Positions 6,267 to 16,117 of a stretch of 64,000 nucleotides of DNA are shown here, piece after piece. A program made the translations under genes and the position numbers. Source of the stretch: Chloroflexota bacterium (GTDB lineage: Bacteria; Chloroflexota; Anaerolineae; JAAYZQ01); contig JAGVRI010000016.1 in NCBI GenBank assembly GCA_018606645.1, forward strand, positions 16,790 through 80,789. The letters are read 5' to 3'. The notes beneath the pieces were generated by a model that ran no database searches, was not told the origin of the DNA, and worked only from the letters and a program-made list of their open reading frames with translations. Each line of letters starts with the position of its first letter. Position 1 is the stretch's first letter.

Positions 6267-7810
6267 GACGGAATCAACTCGGCAGGCAGGAAACTCAGCA
6301 CCAGGACCCGCTCCGTCCCCTCGTGGACGCGAGCACGCTCGTTCACCCGCCAGCCACACACCCAGGCGATCCCGACCTCGCCCACCAACAGCGGTAGCCT
6401 GTCGCGCAGGGCGCGGGGCACCTTCTGGTTGGTCCAAAAGTCGGCCAGTTTGACGGTGTGCCCGCCCAGGCCCATGGGCTGGAAACGGTCGCCGGGCCGG
6501 CGGGTGCGCAGTGCCGGATGCGGCCCCACCATGTCCGCGTCAAGATAGGCGCGCCAGGGGTCGGGATTGACGGCCCAATCGGACGGCAGCTCGGCCCGAT
6601 GGCAGAGCTCGGCGCGGAGCCGCCACTCCGATTCGGGCAGTTCTGTGTCGCCGGGCACGGCGAGCGGCAGCAGATCGCTCCCCGCCGGCAATAACGGCCA
6701 GTCCGGCAGGGACGGCAGTCCGACCGTTTCCGCATCGGCGATCACCAAGTGATGATAGTCCACGGTCAGCATCAGGCCGCGCGGTAAGGTGGCCTGGGCG
6801 CCGGTCGTCCCCTCGCGCGCCACCTGCAACGCATTTTCGACATGGATGAAGTTAATATCGCGCAGCGACCACCGTAGACGATGGATCGCCTCCCGCAGCG
6901 TGGCCCGCTGCAGGCTCGGCGGCAGCGCCCGCCAGGCAGCCCGCTTGAAAACGATTCGAGAAGACGCCCCGGCGCTTCCGGTCGGGGCTGGAACCGAGCA
7001 AAGGGACGGCTCCACTACCTGCGGCCAGGCCTCCTCCAGCAAGGTGCGGAGTAGGGCGTAATCATCGGCCATCACCCGCGCTGAGCGCCGGATCACCTCC
7101 CGCACGTTGGGGTTGTGTCGGGCCAGCAGCGGCAGGACCTCATGGCGCAGCCAGTTGCGGAAATAGGTCGTATCCAGGTTGGAGCGGTCAAAGCGCGGCT
7201 CTAGATGGTAGTAGTCACAATAGGCCAGGATCTCGGCGCGGGTCACCTCGAGCAAGGGGCGGATCAGCCGCAGAGCCGGGGGCGGAGCCTCTCCCTGGAG
7301 CATAGGCGCCAGAAGGCGGTAATCACTCAGGCAAGTGAGCGGCAACATGCCCCGTAGCCCGGCCAGGCCGGAGCCACGCAGCCAGTGCATCAACACCGTC
7401 TCGGTCTGATCGTCGGCGTGGTGGCCGACGGCGATGGTCTGGGCACCCACCGCCCCAGCCACCTCCGCCAGGAAGGCGTAGCGCGCTCGGCGCGCCGCCT
7501 CTTCCACCGCGAGCCGATGGGCCCGGGCCAACGCCGGCACATCCGCCCGTTCCACGGTGCACGGCAGGCTCCAATCGGCGGCCAGGGCGCGGACAAATTC
7601 GGCATCGGCGTCGGCCTCAGCACCCCGCAGGCCATGGTGCAGGTGGGCCACATGGAGCGAGAGACCGTACTCCCCGCGCAGGCGACACAGGACGTGGAGC
7701 AGGCAGAGCGAGTCCGGCCCGCCCGACACGCCGACCACCACCGTCTCACCCGGCGCGAGCAGGTGATGCCGCTCAATGGTCTGCCGTACCCGGTCCAGGA
7801 CCGTGGTCAT
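6263..7810 (-). CDS. tilS: tRNA(Ile)-lysidine synthetase
   Basis: PP-loop VGVSGGPDSLCLLHVL, HHADDQTETVLM, full-length 515 aa with a substrate-binding C-terminal domain. Confidence 0.9.
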   Translation of the reverse strand: MTTVLDRVRQTIERHHLLAPGETVVVGVSGGPDSLCLLHVLCRLRGEYGLSLHVAHLHHGLRGAEADADAEFVRALAADWSLPCTVERADVPALARAHRLAVEEAARRARYAFLAEVAGAVGAQTIAVGHHADDQTETVLMHWLRGSGLAGLRGMLPLTCLSDYRLLAPMLQGEAPPPALRLIRPLLEVTRAEILAYCDYYHLEPRFDRSNLDTTYFRNWLRHEVLPLLARHNPNVREVIRRSARVMADDYALLRTLLEEAWPQVVEPSLCSVPAPTGSAGASSRIVFKRAAWRALPPSLQRATLREAIHRLRWSLRDINFIHVENALQVAREGTTGAQATLPRGLMLTVDYHHLVIADAETVGLPSLPDWPLLPAGSDLLPLAVPGDTELPESEWRLRAELCHRAELPSDWAVNPDPWRAYLDADMVGPHPALRTRRPGDRFQPMGLGGHTVKLADFWTNQKVPRALRDRLPLLVGEVGIAWVCGWRVNERARVHEGTERVLVLSFLPAELIPS

Positions 7811-7828
7811 CGCCCCCTCCCGGTGTTC

Positions 7829-7837
7829 ATTATACCA
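7829..7837 (-). promoter_or_regulatory. Extended -10 promoter for tilS
   Basis: Minus strand reads TGGTATAAT about 19 nt upstream of the tilS ATG, followed by a GGGAGGGGG RBS. Confidence 0.4.
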
Positions 7838-7952
7838 TATTCAGGGGATTTTGCACGGCCAAGCCGTGCAACATCCCCTATCCTTCATGAGAGGGACGTG
7901 ATTGGGTCGCGGGAGCGCACAGACCGGTGCATGACGGACAAGAGCAAGGGGA

Positions 7953-7981
7953 TTGACAAATGGCAGGCGATCGTGTATAGT
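7953..7981 (+). promoter_or_regulatory. Sigma70-type promoter for the lipoprotein gene
   Basis: TTGACA (7953..7958), 17 nt, TATAGT (7976..7981). Confidence 0.5.
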
Positions 7982-8022
7982 GAGTATAGGAAATAGTGAT
8001 ACCAGTTCGCGGACAGGGAGGT

Positions 8023-8556
8023 ATGATGAGAGTACCTGGAAACGACCGTTCGGTGTTTCCATGGGTGATCGGTGTGTTTGTATTGACTCTGAGCACCCTG
8101 ACGGGCTGCGCGGAGGTAAAGGTCGTGGATGCAACACCCATCGCCGTCACGCCGGATCTGTTCACCAGTCCTCCCCAACCGGAAGTGAAGGAGCACAACC
8201 TGGCCGTGGTAACGGTTGATTTTGATCCGCCGCTCAACTATCAACAACTGATCCTCCGTCATCGGGGAGTTTCTCTATTGGTCGCGATCGAGAATACGGG
8301 CACCAGCACCGAGCGCGACGTAACGGTTAGGGCCGAGCTCACCACCCCACAAGACCCTACCTTGATCTTTACCCAAGGGGCCAGTATCGCAAGCATCGCG
8401 CCTGGAGAGATCCAGGTCGTCCGGTTTTCCCGCTTTGGCGAGATCCTATACTATCGAACGTTTCACCTGGAAGTGGCGGTCGATCCGGTTGCTGGCGAGA
8501 ACGAGTTGGACGACAACCGCAAGGCCTTTGACATCCAGATCAATGAGGAGGAATAA
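8023..8556 (+). CDS. Lipoprotein with CARDB-like beta-sandwich region (hypothetical)
   Basis: Lipobox LSTLTGC after a hydrophobic segment; GGGAGG RBS before ATG 8023/8026. Confidence 0.65.
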   Translation: MMRVPGNDRSVFPWVIGVFVLTLSTLTGCAEVKVVDATPIAVTPDLFTSPPQPEVKEHNLAVVTVDFDPPLNYQQLILRHRGVSLLVAIENTGTSTERDVTVRAELTTPQDPTLIFTQGASIASIAPGEIQVVRFSRFGEILYYRTFHLEVAVDPVAGENELDDNRKAFDIQINEEE

Positions 8557-8649
8557 TCCCCCGCCATCTTCAATATGAGATGAGGACGTTCTGATCCTGA
8601 TGGCCTGTTCTGCGGCGGATCGGCAGGCGCTGGAAACCGGGGGTTCGCC

Positions 8650-9468
8650 ATGGACAGGCCTGTTTTGTATAGACGTCCTTCTGGGTTGAGCGAAGGTGCA
8701 TTTTCGCACGCGCAAGCGTGGAGGAATGGTCCGGTGCGCTGGGGTGTAAAGGATATTGGCCGCCTTCTGTCTCTTTTGTTGGTCGGTCTGTCGTTCGGCC
8801 TCTTGTTAAGCCTTGGCTGGCAGACCGCTGCGCAAGGCAAAGCCGGGGCGACAGGGTCCCCATCCGGCCAGTTCTTGCTTAGCGTCCAGCGACTGGAAGC
8901 CGAGCAGCAGATACTGAAGGAAACCCTGGCCGCCCTGCGCCAGGAACTGGCTCAACGTCAGCAAGCCATCACTTCCCAGTCCGAGCGCCTGCAGGTACTG
9001 GAGATCGAACTGGCCCGACAACAACTCCTTGCCAGCCTGACCCCTGTGCAGGGACCGGGAGTGATTGTTACACTGGACGATAGCGCCGCTCAGATTCCTC
9101 CCGGTGCTGACGCCAACCTGTATCTCATTCACGAATATGATCTCCGAGATGTCGTCAACCTGCTGTGGATCGCTGGTTCTGAGGCGATCGCGATCAACAG
9201 CGAACGCCTGACCAGTTTCTCGTCGATTTATTGTGTGGGTAGCACGGTGATGGTGAATGATACCCGCCTCTCGCCACCATATCTCATCCAGGCGATCGGC
9301 AATCCCCGGGTTCAGCAGGACTATTTGCGCAATCCGTCCCACCTGAAAGAGCTGAAAGAAAGACAACGCCTGTATGGCGTGCGCTTTGAAGTCAGAGATG
9401 TAGCCGACTTGACTCTACCGGCGTACAGCGGGAGCTTTTTCATCCGCCACGCCCGACCAGGAGATTGA
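8650..9468 (+). CDS. DUF881 domain protein (division-associated membrane protein)
   Basis: N-terminal TM, coiled coil, then GPGVIVTLDD...IHEYDLRDVVNLLWIAGSEAIAINSERL...SPPYLIQAIGNP, typical of DUF881; the true start may be internal. Confidence 0.75.
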   Translation: MDRPVLYRRPSGLSEGAFSHAQAWRNGPVRWGVKDIGRLLSLLLVGLSFGLLLSLGWQTAAQGKAGATGSPSGQFLLSVQRLEAEQQILKETLAALRQELAQRQQAITSQSERLQVLEIELARQQLLASLTPVQGPGVIVTLDDSAAQIPPGADANLYLIHEYDLRDVVNLLWIAGSEAIAINSERLTSFSSIYCVGSTVMVNDTRLSPPYLIQAIGNPRVQQDYLRNPSHLKELKERQRLYGVRFEVRDVADLTLPAYSGSFFIRHARPGD

Positions 9469-9472
9469 GCCG

Positions 9473-10165
9473 ATGGCGACGCCGAAATGGGCCGCTCCGG
9501 TATCCCTGACCCTGGTCTGTGGGTTTCTGGGATTATTGTTGGTGGCCCAGTTGCAGACTCAACCCAGCGCCCGACCCAGGGTGCGCAATGAAGAGTGGGA
9601 TTATGTGGTGGCCGGTCTGATCGAGAGTAACGGGCGTCTGAGAGACGAGGTAGCCGCGTTGGAGGAGCAGCTGGCCGCGCTTCAGGAAGCCGAAGGGGGA
9701 GGCGGGGCGGTGCTCCAGACGCTGGTGGATGAGGTGAACCGCCTGCGGATCGTCAATGGGCTGGTTGAAATTTCGGGACCGGGGGTTGAAGTGATGGTCA
9801 CCGGCACGCTAAGTGTCGTGGACCTGCACGATCTGATCAACGAAGTGCGCAATGCTGGCGCCGAAGGCCTGGCCGTGAGCGGGCATCGGATCGTAGCCTG
9901 GTCGGCAATCAGCACTGATGGTCAGAACATCCTGATTGACGGGCGTCCGGTAAGTCCCCCCTATTCCCTACAAGCGATTGGCGCCCCCGACACGCTCGAG
10001 GCAGCCCTGACCCGCCCCGGCGGATTGGTCAGCCTTCTGGCAAAGGCCCATCCGGAGATATCCATCACGGTAACCCGTCGAGAAAAGATTACATTGCCGG
10101 TCTGCACGCAGCCGCTCCAGTTCGCGTACGCCAGACCGGTCCAGGCGGACACGAAACGCCCCTAG
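9473..10165 (+). CDS. DUF881 domain protein (paralog)
   Basis: GPGVEVMVTG...LHDLINEVRNAGAEGLAVSGHRI...SPPYSLQAIGAP. Confidence 0.8.
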   Translation: MATPKWAAPVSLTLVCGFLGLLLVAQLQTQPSARPRVRNEEWDYVVAGLIESNGRLRDEVAALEEQLAALQEAEGGGGAVLQTLVDEVNRLRIVNGLVEISGPGVEVMVTGTLSVVDLHDLINEVRNAGAEGLAVSGHRIVAWSAISTDGQNILIDGRPVSPPYSLQAIGAPDTLEAALTRPGGLVSLLAKAHPEISITVTRREKITLPVCTQPLQFAYARPVQADTKRP

Positions 10166-11340
10166 ATCAATCCGACCATCTTGCCCACCCTCTCAAACTG
10201 CTCCAGTACGAAGGCCATCTGCTCATCCGTGTGGGTGGCCATGTAACTGGTACGCAGCAGCGAGAGGTTGGCCGGTACGGCAGGCGGGATCACCGGGTTG
10301 GTATATACCCCCGATTCGAACAACAGCTTCCAGACCAGGAACGTGGCGTGCTGGTCCCCGATGATGATGGGAATGATCGGGGTCTGGCTTGAGCCGGTGT
10401 TGAATCCAAGTCGGCGGAATTCGCGGCGCATATAATCTGCGATCTGGTTGACCCGCTGAATCCGCTCCGGCTCCTCTTTCATCACCTCCAGGGCAGCCAC
10501 GACGGCGGCGACATTGCCGGGCGGCATCGAGGCGCTAAAGATCAGCGAACGGGCATGGTGCTGGATATAGTGGATCACCGACTCCGGTCCGGCGATAAAG
10601 CCCCCCAGGGAAGCGAACGACTTGCTAAAGGTGCCCATCACCAGGTCTACATCGTCATTGACCCCCAGGTGGATGGCAGTGCCTTTGCCGCCTCCCAACA
10701 CCCCGATGGCATGGGCATCGTCCACCATCAGCCGGGCGTTGTACTTTTTGCACAGAGGGATGATCTCGGGCAAGGGAGCGATGTCCCCTCCCATGCTAAA
10801 CACCCCATCGACTACCACCAGTTTCCCCGCCTCTAGCGGTAGACTGGCCAGTACCCGTTCCAGATCCTCCATGTCACTGTGGCGGAATCGCTTCATTGTT
10901 CCAAAGGCCAGCCGACACCCATCCACGATGCTGGCATGATCGTCCTTATCGGTAATGACATATTCATTGCGACCCACCAACGCCGAGATGGTACCCAGGT
11001 TGGTTTGATAACCGGTGCTAAAGACCAGGGCGGCTTCTTTCTCGACATATTCCGCCAGGCGCTTTTCCAGGTCCAGATGCCAGGCCAGCGTTCCATTCAA
11101 GAACCGAGAACCGGTGCAACTGGTGCCGAAACGACGGGTAGCCTCAATCGCCGCTTCCCGTACCTTCGGGTGGGTCGTCAGCCCCAGATAGTTATTCGAC
11201 CCGATCATCACCAGCCGTTTATTGCCGATGGTGACCTCCGTTCCTTCGGTGTCGTCCAGGGGCAGAAAGTACGGGTAAAAGCCGGTCTTCATCAAGTCCC
11301 TGGCATCGGTCCAGGTCCAGCACTTTTCAAATAGGTCCAT
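10162..11340 (-). CDS. PLP-dependent alpha-oxoamine synthase family (8-amino-7-oxononanoate synthase / KBL / serine palmitoyltransferase-like)
   Basis: GSNNYLGL, DDAHAIGVLG, PLP-lysine motif GTFSKSFASLGG; ATG at 11340 (MDLFEKC). Confidence 0.85.
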   Translation of the reverse strand: MDLFEKCWTWTDARDLMKTGFYPYFLPLDDTEGTEVTIGNKRLVMIGSNNYLGLTTHPKVREAAIEATRRFGTSCTGSRFLNGTLAWHLDLEKRLAEYVEKEAALVFSTGYQTNLGTISALVGRNEYVITDKDDHASIVDGCRLAFGTMKRFRHSDMEDLERVLASLPLEAGKLVVVDGVFSMGGDIAPLPEIIPLCKKYNARLMVDDAHAIGVLGGGKGTAIHLGVNDDVDLVMGTFSKSFASLGGFIAGPESVIHYIQHHARSLIFSASMPPGNVAAVVAALEVMKEEPERIQRVNQIADYMRREFRRLGFNTGSSQTPIIPIIIGDQHATFLVWKLLFESGVYTNPVIPPAVPANLSLLRTSYMATHTDEQMAFVLEQFERVGKMVGLI

Positions 11341-11443
11341 GGTCTTCCTCTCGCACCAAATTCCCTCCCTCTGGGCGGCTCTCATGCAGGGGAATGAATG
11401 GCGGCTTGGCCCGTACGGCGGGGTGATGCCCGGTCATCGGGAG

Positions 11444-11683
11444 CTAATGACCACAAGAAGCACAACTGGTGGCGGAGCACGAGCTACAGCCGCTTCCGGT
11501 TCCACTAATGGCCTGGCTGCCCCCGTCTCGGCTCCGGCTGACGGCACAGAACAACGAGATCGCTCGCGAGGTATCCTGACTTCCACACTGGATGCAAGGC
11601 GCCGGCTCGTCGGCCTTGCTCATCGGACGCAATTTCTCGAACCTGGCTCCACAGGTCGCACAGATATATTCATACAGCGGCAT
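11444..11683 (-). CDS. FmdB-family zinc-ribbon protein
   Basis: MPLYEYICATCGARFE...CIQCGS (CxxC...CxxC); GAGGTG RBS before the ATG at 11683. Confidence 0.75.
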   Translation of the reverse strand: MPLYEYICATCGARFEKLRPMSKADEPAPCIQCGSQDTSRAISLFCAVSRSRDGGSQAISGTGSGCSSCSATSCASCGH

Positions 11684-11870
11684 ACTGCTCACACCTCAAT
11701 CCGCAAATTTGAAACTTCAGCGGGCTTATTGTACAATGCTTTCGGCATTCGGTCAAATACGGGGTTGAGAGGTCTCCGCCAATCCCAGGGGCCTGGAGTG
11801 GATACGATCAGACCCTACCGACTGAAATGAGGAGAAAACCGTTTATCCAATGTCCTCAAGGAGTATACCC

Positions 11871-12779
11871 ATGTCGAAACCAACGATAGGATTTATTGGC
11901 CTGGGCATTATGGGCAAGCCGATGGCCTGGAATCTGCTCAAGGCTGGCTATCCGCTGGTGGTCCACAACCGCAGCCGCGCGGCGGTGGATGAATTGGCGG
12001 CGGCTGGGGCTATGGCTGCTTCCTCAGCCCGGCAGGTGGCGGAGGGCAGTGAAGTAGTCATCACCATGCTGCCCGATTCTCCGGACGTGGAACAGGTGGC
12101 CTTGGGTCCCGAGGGCCTGATCGAAGGAGCACGGCCCGGCTTGATCTATATTGATATGAGCACGATCGCCCCGACAACGGCCATTCGCGTCGCCCAGGCG
12201 CTGGCCGAAAAAGGGGTGCGCTGTCTGGATGCACCCGTCAGTGGCGGGGATGTGGGCGCGCGCCAGGGGACGTTGTCGATCATGGTCGGTGGGGATGAGG
12301 CCGTGTTTGATCAAGTCAGGCCTATCTTCAGTGTGCTGGGCAAGAGCGCCGTGTGGTGTGGGCCGAATGGCGCGGGGCAGATTGTCAAAGCATGTAATCA
12401 GATCCTGGTAGCAGTCACTATCGCCGGCGTCAGTGAGGCGCTCACCTTGGGAGCCAGGGCGGGCGTAGACCCGGCCAAGATCGTCCAGGTGCTCAGCGGG
12501 GGCCTGGCCCGTTGCGGCGTGCTCGAAAACCGTGGCCAGCGGATGATCCGGGGCGATTTCCAACCCGGCTTTCGCATCCGGCTCCACTACAAAGACCTGA
12601 ACATCATCCGCCAGGCCGGCCGCGATTATCGGGTGCCTTTGCCGGTGACGGCGGCGGTGCATGAGCTGTTTACATTGGCGATGGCCAAGGGCCGGGAAGA
12701 GTTGGACCATTCGGGCTTGTTGACGGTGCTCGAAGAGCTGGCAGGAATCGAGGTTCGTACCACCGAACCCGGTGAATAG
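11871..12779 (+). CDS. NAD(P)-dependent 2-hydroxy-3-oxopropionate reductase / 3-hydroxyisobutyrate dehydrogenase family
   Basis: [17 protein letters not shown] Rossmann motif, DAPVSGG, family-typical length; AAGGAG RBS before ATG 11871. Confidence 0.85.
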   Translation: MSKPTIGFIGLGIMGKPMAWNLLKAGYPLVVHNRSRAAVDELAAAGAMAASSARQVAEGSEVVITMLPDSPDVEQVALGPEGLIEGARPGLIYIDMSTIAPTTAIRVAQALAEKGVRCLDAPVSGGDVGARQGTLSIMVGGDEAVFDQVRPIFSVLGKSAVWCGPNGAGQIVKACNQILVAVTIAGVSEALTLGARAGVDPAKIVQVLSGGLARCGVLENRGQRMIRGDFQPGFRIRLHYKDLNIIRQAGRDYRVPLPVTAAVHELFTLAMAKGREELDHSGLLTVLEELAGIEVRTTEPGE

Positions 12780-12832
12780 AGGCAAGCCGTTTAGATTACG
12801 TATCGAACAACACCAACAAGGAGGCAAATCCC

Positions 12833-13171
12833 ATGACTCAGGCTACCCTCTTGAGCGCTATCCTGGATAGCCTCAAGGACCCCATCCTCTTTGCCGATAC
12901 GGAACACATCACCCGGTACATGAACAAAGCGGCCATCGCTCATTATCGAGGCGGGGAAGGGCTGATCGGTCGTTCGCTGCTGGAATGCCACAACGAGCAT
13001 TCGCAGAAGAGGATTCAGGAAATCATGCGCGCCATGGAGGTGGAGGGGTTGGAGGAGGAACTCATCATTGACGATGATCGTCGTCGGGTCTACATGCGGG
13101 CGGTGCGCGATTCCGATGGAACGTTGTTAGGATATTATGAACGCTACGAATGGAAGGAGGGAAAACATTGA
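12833..13171 (+). CDS. Stand-alone PAS domain protein
   Basis: 112 aa; LDSLKDPILFADTEHITRYMNKAAIAHY...GRSLLECH has a PAS-like layout; AAGGAGG RBS. Confidence 0.6.
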   Translation: MTQATLLSAILDSLKDPILFADTEHITRYMNKAAIAHYRGGEGLIGRSLLECHNEHSQKRIQEIMRAMEVEGLEEELIIDDDRRRVYMRAVRDSDGTLLGYYERYEWKEGKH

Positions 13172-14646
13172 GAACACTTACTGACCGCGCCCTCAACCTG
13201 GCTCAGGTGCAGGGTGCTACCTATGCCGATATCCGCGTCATCCAGCGGTTCACCCAGCATATCGTCGTCAAGAACGGGATAGTCGAATCGCTATCCACCG
13301 ATGAAAGTCAAGGCTTTGGGGTGCGGGTGGTGGTTGACGGAGCATGGGGATTTGCCAGCTCGGCCCTGGTCACGCCAGCCGAGGTGGACCGGATCACCGC
13401 TCTGGCGGTGCAGATCGCTCGGGCCAGCGCTCTGGTCAAAAGGCGTGACGTCCGGCTGGGCCTCCCTATGTCTCACGTGGGGACGTACCGCACCCCTGTC
13501 CAGATCGATCCCTGGAATGTCTCGATGGAGGAAAAGATAGACCTGTTGCTCAAGGCCGACGAAGGACTTCGAGCTACCCCAGGGGTCAAGGTAGCCACCT
13601 CAGAACTGGCCTTCTGGCGCGAGCACAAGATCTTTGCCAACAGCGAGGGCGCATTCCTGGAGCAGGAGATCATCGAGTCGGGCGGTGGCATTGAGGCGCT
13701 GGCCGTCGACCCAGAACGGGGCGAGGTGCAAAAGCGTTCCTATCCCAATTCCTTCCGGCGCGATCAGCGTACCGAAGGATGGGAGGCCATCCTGGCCATG
13801 GACTTGCCCGGCCACGCGCCCCGGATCGGGGAAGAAGCGGTGGCCCTGCTCTCGGCCGATCCCTGTCCCAGCGGCGTCACCACGCTCATCCTGGGAGCCA
13901 CCCAACTGGCGTTGCAGATCCACGAATCATGTGGCCACCCCATCGAACTGGACCGGGTGTTTGGCACCGAGGCCAGTTACGCCGGGACCAGCTTCCTCAC
14001 CCCCGACAAGTATGGCACCTTCCGCTACGGCTCTGAAATCGTGAACCTCACCGCCGATGCCACCATCCCTGGCGGGCTGGGCACCTTCGGCTGGGATGAT
14101 GAAGGCGTGCCGGCCCAGCGGATCCCCATCGTCCGCAACGGTATCTTTTGCGGCTACCTGTCCTCGCGGGAGACGGTCGAGCAGTTACGCGAGATCGTGG
14201 GCGATGCGGCGCCGCCCTTCTCAGGGGGAGCCATGCGCGCCGACGGGTGGAACCGCATCCCGCTGGTGCGGATGACCAATGTCAATCTGGAACCAGGCGA
14301 GTGGGAATTCGATGACCTGATCGCCGACACCGATGACGGAATCTACATGGAGTTGAACCGGAGCTGGAGTATTGACGACAAGCGGCTCAACTTTCAGTTT
14401 GGCACCGAGATCGCCTACGAGATCAAACATGGCAAGATGGGCCGCATGCTCAAGAACGCCACCTATACCGGTATCACCCCACAGTTTTGGGCGAGCTGCG
14501 ACGCCATCTGCAATCGAAATCACTGGCGAGTGTGGGGCACGCCTAACTGTGGCAAGGGACAACCCTCGCAAATTGCCCATACCGGCCATGGCGCCGCTCC
14601 GGCCCGTTTTCGCAATGTCCGGGTCGGGGTCATGCAGCAGAGGTGA
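13150..14646 (+). CDS. tldD: TldD-type metalloprotease
   Basis: HESCGHPIELD (HExxxH) plus the TldD/PmbA fold signature GGxxRxDG; an alternative TTG start at 13168 after GGAGGG is possible. Confidence 0.85.
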   Translation: MEGGKTLRTLTDRALNLAQVQGATYADIRVIQRFTQHIVVKNGIVESLSTDESQGFGVRVVVDGAWGFASSALVTPAEVDRITALAVQIARASALVKRRDVRLGLPMSHVGTYRTPVQIDPWNVSMEEKIDLLLKADEGLRATPGVKVATSELAFWREHKIFANSEGAFLEQEIIESGGGIEALAVDPERGEVQKRSYPNSFRRDQRTEGWEAILAMDLPGHAPRIGEEAVALLSADPCPSGVTTLILGATQLALQIHESCGHPIELDRVFGTEASYAGTSFLTPDKYGTFRYGSEIVNLTADATIPGGLGTFGWDDEGVPAQRIPIVRNGIFCGYLSSRETVEQLREIVGDAAPPFSGGAMRADGWNRIPLVRMTNVNLEPGEWEFDDLIADTDDGIYMELNRSWSIDDKRLNFQFGTEIAYEIKHGKMGRMLKNATYTGITPQFWASCDAICNRNHWRVWGTPNCGKGQPSQIAHTGHGAAPARFRNVRVGVMQQR

Positions 14647-14664
14647 CCTGGAAAGGGAGAGAAG

Positions 14665-16029
14665 ATGCTAGGCCAAGAACGCATTCATCAAATCAGTCAA
14701 CCGATCCTCGCCCGCTCCACGGCGGACCAGACGGAAGTCGTGATCCGCACCTTTGACCGACACCTCACCCGGTTTGCCAATTCCAGCATCCATCAGAATG
14801 TCGCCGAGAGCGACACCGAGGTGCGGATCCGGGTCGTGCTTTTTGAGACGGCGGCAGGGGCACGGGTCGGTACGGCCACGACCAATGATCTTTCCGAAGA
14901 GGCCCTCTTCCGGACCCTGGAAAACGCCCTGACGCTGGCCCGTCTGCAACCCCCGAACCCCGATTTCAAGTCTTTACCGGGCCCACAGCCGATTCCGGAA
15001 GCCAATGCCTTTCGCTCCACCACGGCGGGATGCACCCCGGAGAGGCGTGCCAGGGAAGTGGGGATCGTGTGTCGCCTGGCCGGTGAGGCGGGCGTGATCG
15101 CCTCCGGCGCATTCACCACTGCCGCCTCAGAGCTGGCCGTAGCCAACTCGTTGGGTATTTTTGCCTACCATCCCAGCACCTTTGCCGAGATCAACACCGT
15201 CGTCATGAGCGATACGAGCGCTGGCTATGCTTCGGCTCTGGCTCTCGATGTCAATGACCTGGACGTGGAATCCCTGGGCCGAGAAGCGGTCGAAAAATGC
15301 CGGCGCAGCCAGAATCCCCGCTCGCTGGACCCAGGTGAATATTGCGTCATACTGGAACCCTATGCCGTCGAGGACGTGGTGCAAATGATGGCCTACACCG
15401 GCTTTAGCGCCCTCACCGTGCAAGAGGGCCGCAGCTTTATGGTAGGCCGCTTGGGTCAGCAGATCGTGGACCCGCGAGTGTCTATCTGGGATGATGGCCT
15501 CGATCCAACGGGCCTGCCAACTCCGTTCGACTTCGAGGGCGTGCCGAAGCAACGGGTGGACCTGATCGAAAAAGGTGTGGCGCGGGGAGTCGTCTATGAC
15601 TCGTACCGGGCCGGCAGAGAGGAGGGAAAAAGGTCTACGGGCCATGCCATCTCGGCCCCGTTCATCTTCAGTCCCTTCCCCCAGAACACCTTCTTCGCCC
15701 CAGGCGATGCGACGTTGGAGGAGATGATCCAAAGTACCACCCGGGGCCTGTACGTGACCCGTTTTCATTATACGCGGGTGGTGGAACCGCGTCAGGTGGT
15801 CATCACCGGCATGACCCGAGATGGGACCTTTCTGATTGAAAACGGCGAGATCGCTTACCCGGTCAAGAACTTGCGCTTCACGCAGAGCTATCTGGAAGCC
15901 CTGAACCATGTAGCCGCCATTGGGCGACAGCCCCGCCTTCTCCTCTCCGATTCAGATGGCCTGCTCTCTTGTTCGGTGCCGGCTCTCAAGTTGGAGCAAT
16001 TCACCTTCACCGGAGTGACCGAGTTTTAG
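14665..16029 (+). CDS. pmbA: PmbA/TldE-type partner of TldD
   Basis: TldD/PmbA family similarity without HExxxH; lies immediately downstream of tldD. Confidence 0.8.
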   Translation: MLGQERIHQISQPILARSTADQTEVVIRTFDRHLTRFANSSIHQNVAESDTEVRIRVVLFETAAGARVGTATTNDLSEEALFRTLENALTLARLQPPNPDFKSLPGPQPIPEANAFRSTTAGCTPERRAREVGIVCRLAGEAGVIASGAFTTAASELAVANSLGIFAYHPSTFAEINTVVMSDTSAGYASALALDVNDLDVESLGREAVEKCRRSQNPRSLDPGEYCVILEPYAVEDVVQMMAYTGFSALTVQEGRSFMVGRLGQQIVDPRVSIWDDGLDPTGLPTPFDFEGVPKQRVDLIEKGVARGVVYDSYRAGREEGKRSTGHAISAPFIFSPFPQNTFFAPGDATLEEMIQSTTRGLYVTRFHYTRVVEPRQVVITGMTRDGTFLIENGEIAYPVKNLRFTQSYLEALNHVAAIGRQPRLLLSDSDGLLSCSVPALKLEQFTFTGVTEF

Positions 16030-16066
16030 CGAGTTCCCATCATCGCGGTCAATTCGAGGGCAATGC

Positions 16067-16098
16067 AAAAGGCTGCCCTGGCACCAGGGCAGCCTTTT
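16067..16098. terminator. Bidirectional intrinsic terminator hairpin
   Basis: AAAAGGCTGCCCTGG-CACC-AGGGCAGCCTTTT between convergent pmbA and the LivJ-like gene. Confidence 0.7.
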
Positions 16099-16117
16099 CG
16101 ATCCATCCCGTCGTTGC

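Noticed and set aside
8650-10165. DUF881 gene pair as something unusual
   Set aside because: Paired DUF881 genes are a common conserved arrangement in monoderm-type lineages, so this is ordinary.
12024-12827. 267-aa minus-strand ORF
   Set aside because: It is antisense to the 3-hydroxyacid dehydrogenase gene, which has a clear Rossmann motif and RBS.
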